Below, piece by piece: positions 63,436 to 64,000 of a stretch of DNA of 64,000 bases. Within the stretch, counting starts at the first letter, position 1. Every line of letters begins with the position of its first letter. The stretch lies in NCBI RefSeq assembly GCF_028368995.1, contig NZ_JAQNDL010000003.1, forward strand, positions 480,001 through 544,000. The letters are read 5' to 3'. The DNA comes from Nannocystis bainbridge. Its GTDB lineage: Bacteria; Myxococcota_A; Polyangia; Nannocystales; Nannocystaceae. Both the position numbers and the translations under genes were made by a program. Under the pieces are notes generated by a model that had not been told where the DNA came from, did no database searches, and saw nothing but the letters and a program-made list of their open reading frames with translations.

Positions 63436-64000
63436 TCACCGCACGAGCTGGCCCACGAACCTCGCCGTCGCCGCCAGCGTCTCCTCGGGCCGCTCGCGGT
63501 ACGGGCTGTGTCCGCACCCCGCAAGCAGCAGCGTCTCGACCGGCCCGGCCACCCCGCCGGCGATCGCCTGCACCTGCGCGATCGTCCCGTACGCGTCGTC
63601 TTCGCCCTGGATCACCAGCGTCGGCGCCGTCACCTGCGGCAGGTAGCCCTCGAGGTTCCAGCGCCGGAACGCCGGGTCGAGCCACGCCTCGCACCAGCCG
63701 CGGAACGCCGCCTCCACGTTTTCGCCATGGTGCCGCTGCAGGCGCGCCCGCAGCTCGCCCGCCTCGTACTCGCGCTTCGCCGCCGCGATGCTGCGCACCG
63801 ACACCTCCTCGCAGAACACGTGCGGCGCCATCAGCACCAGCCCGGCCACCCGTTCGCGCCCGGCCGTCGCCGCGTGGACCAGCGCGATCGACCCGCCGTC
63901 GCTGTGCCCGACCAGGATCGCCGAGCGCACCCCCGCCGCGTCGAGCACCGCGCCGACCACCGCCTCGCCCTCGCGCTGCATGTAGTCGAGCGGCCGCGGC
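63436..64000 (-). CDS. Alpha/beta hydrolase (5' truncated by window)
   Basis: GHSDGG nucleophile elbow, LVIQGEDDAYG, CGHSP. Confidence 0.92.
   Translation of the reverse strand, partial: PRPLDYMQREGEAVVGAVLDAAGVRSAILVGHSDGGSIALVHAATAGRERVAGLVLMAPHVFCEEVSVRSIAAAKREYEAGELRARLQRHHGENVEAAFRGWCEAWLDPAFRRWNLEGYLPQVTAPTLVIQGEDDAYGTIAQVQAIAGGVAGPVETLLLAGCGHSPYRERPEETLAATARFVGQLVR

Noticed and set aside
1-64000. tRNA, rRNA or tmRNA genes
   Set aside because: None recognised; the att site lies in a protein-coding gene

Overview
Very GC-rich myxobacterial chromosome segment (Nannocystis-like, inferred from a MYXO-CTERM protein and many Thr-rich-linker lipoproteins). About 1-21.2 kb and 61.4-64 kb are host DNA: an OmpR/HK pair, LMF1-family protein, SagB-like nitroreductase, orphan DNA methyltransferase, cytochrome c, an MrfA/MrfB-like helicase-nuclease pair, an IgGFc-binding lipoprotein, TetR with a flavin oxidoreductase, a MYXO-CTERM protein and an alpha/beta hydrolase. 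A ~40.2 kb integrated element (21195-61396) sits in the 3' end of the flavin oxidoreductase gene. Its ends are matching imperfect palindromic att sites with different 8-bp spacers, and the gene's displaced native C-terminus lies just beyond attR. The element carries a tyrosine integrase with repeated core-binding domains, an HTH/DnaB replication operon and a miniature sigma-70 factor. It also has a ~10 kb module of small membrane proteins, a Cys-rich beta-sandwich capsid candidate, LysM and SLT proteins, a DdrB-like ParB protein and a CDP-alcohol phosphatidyltransferase. I could not recognise a terminase, portal, HK97 capsid, tail or packaging ATPase, so I infer a tailless, lipid-containing provirus. 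Nine of its putative late genes share a GCCA(T/G)A(T/G) motif 5-8 nt before an SD-less start, probably read by the element's own sigma. Cargo includes a dGTPase, a PD-(D/E)xK nuclease, an ECF-Ser/Thr kinase module, lipoproteins and an intact IS66. Arrays of a 14-bp palindrome (TGTCC-n4-GGACA) with strict 14-bp phasing recur across the window, including inside genes. All family calls are by eye from motifs; no searches were run.
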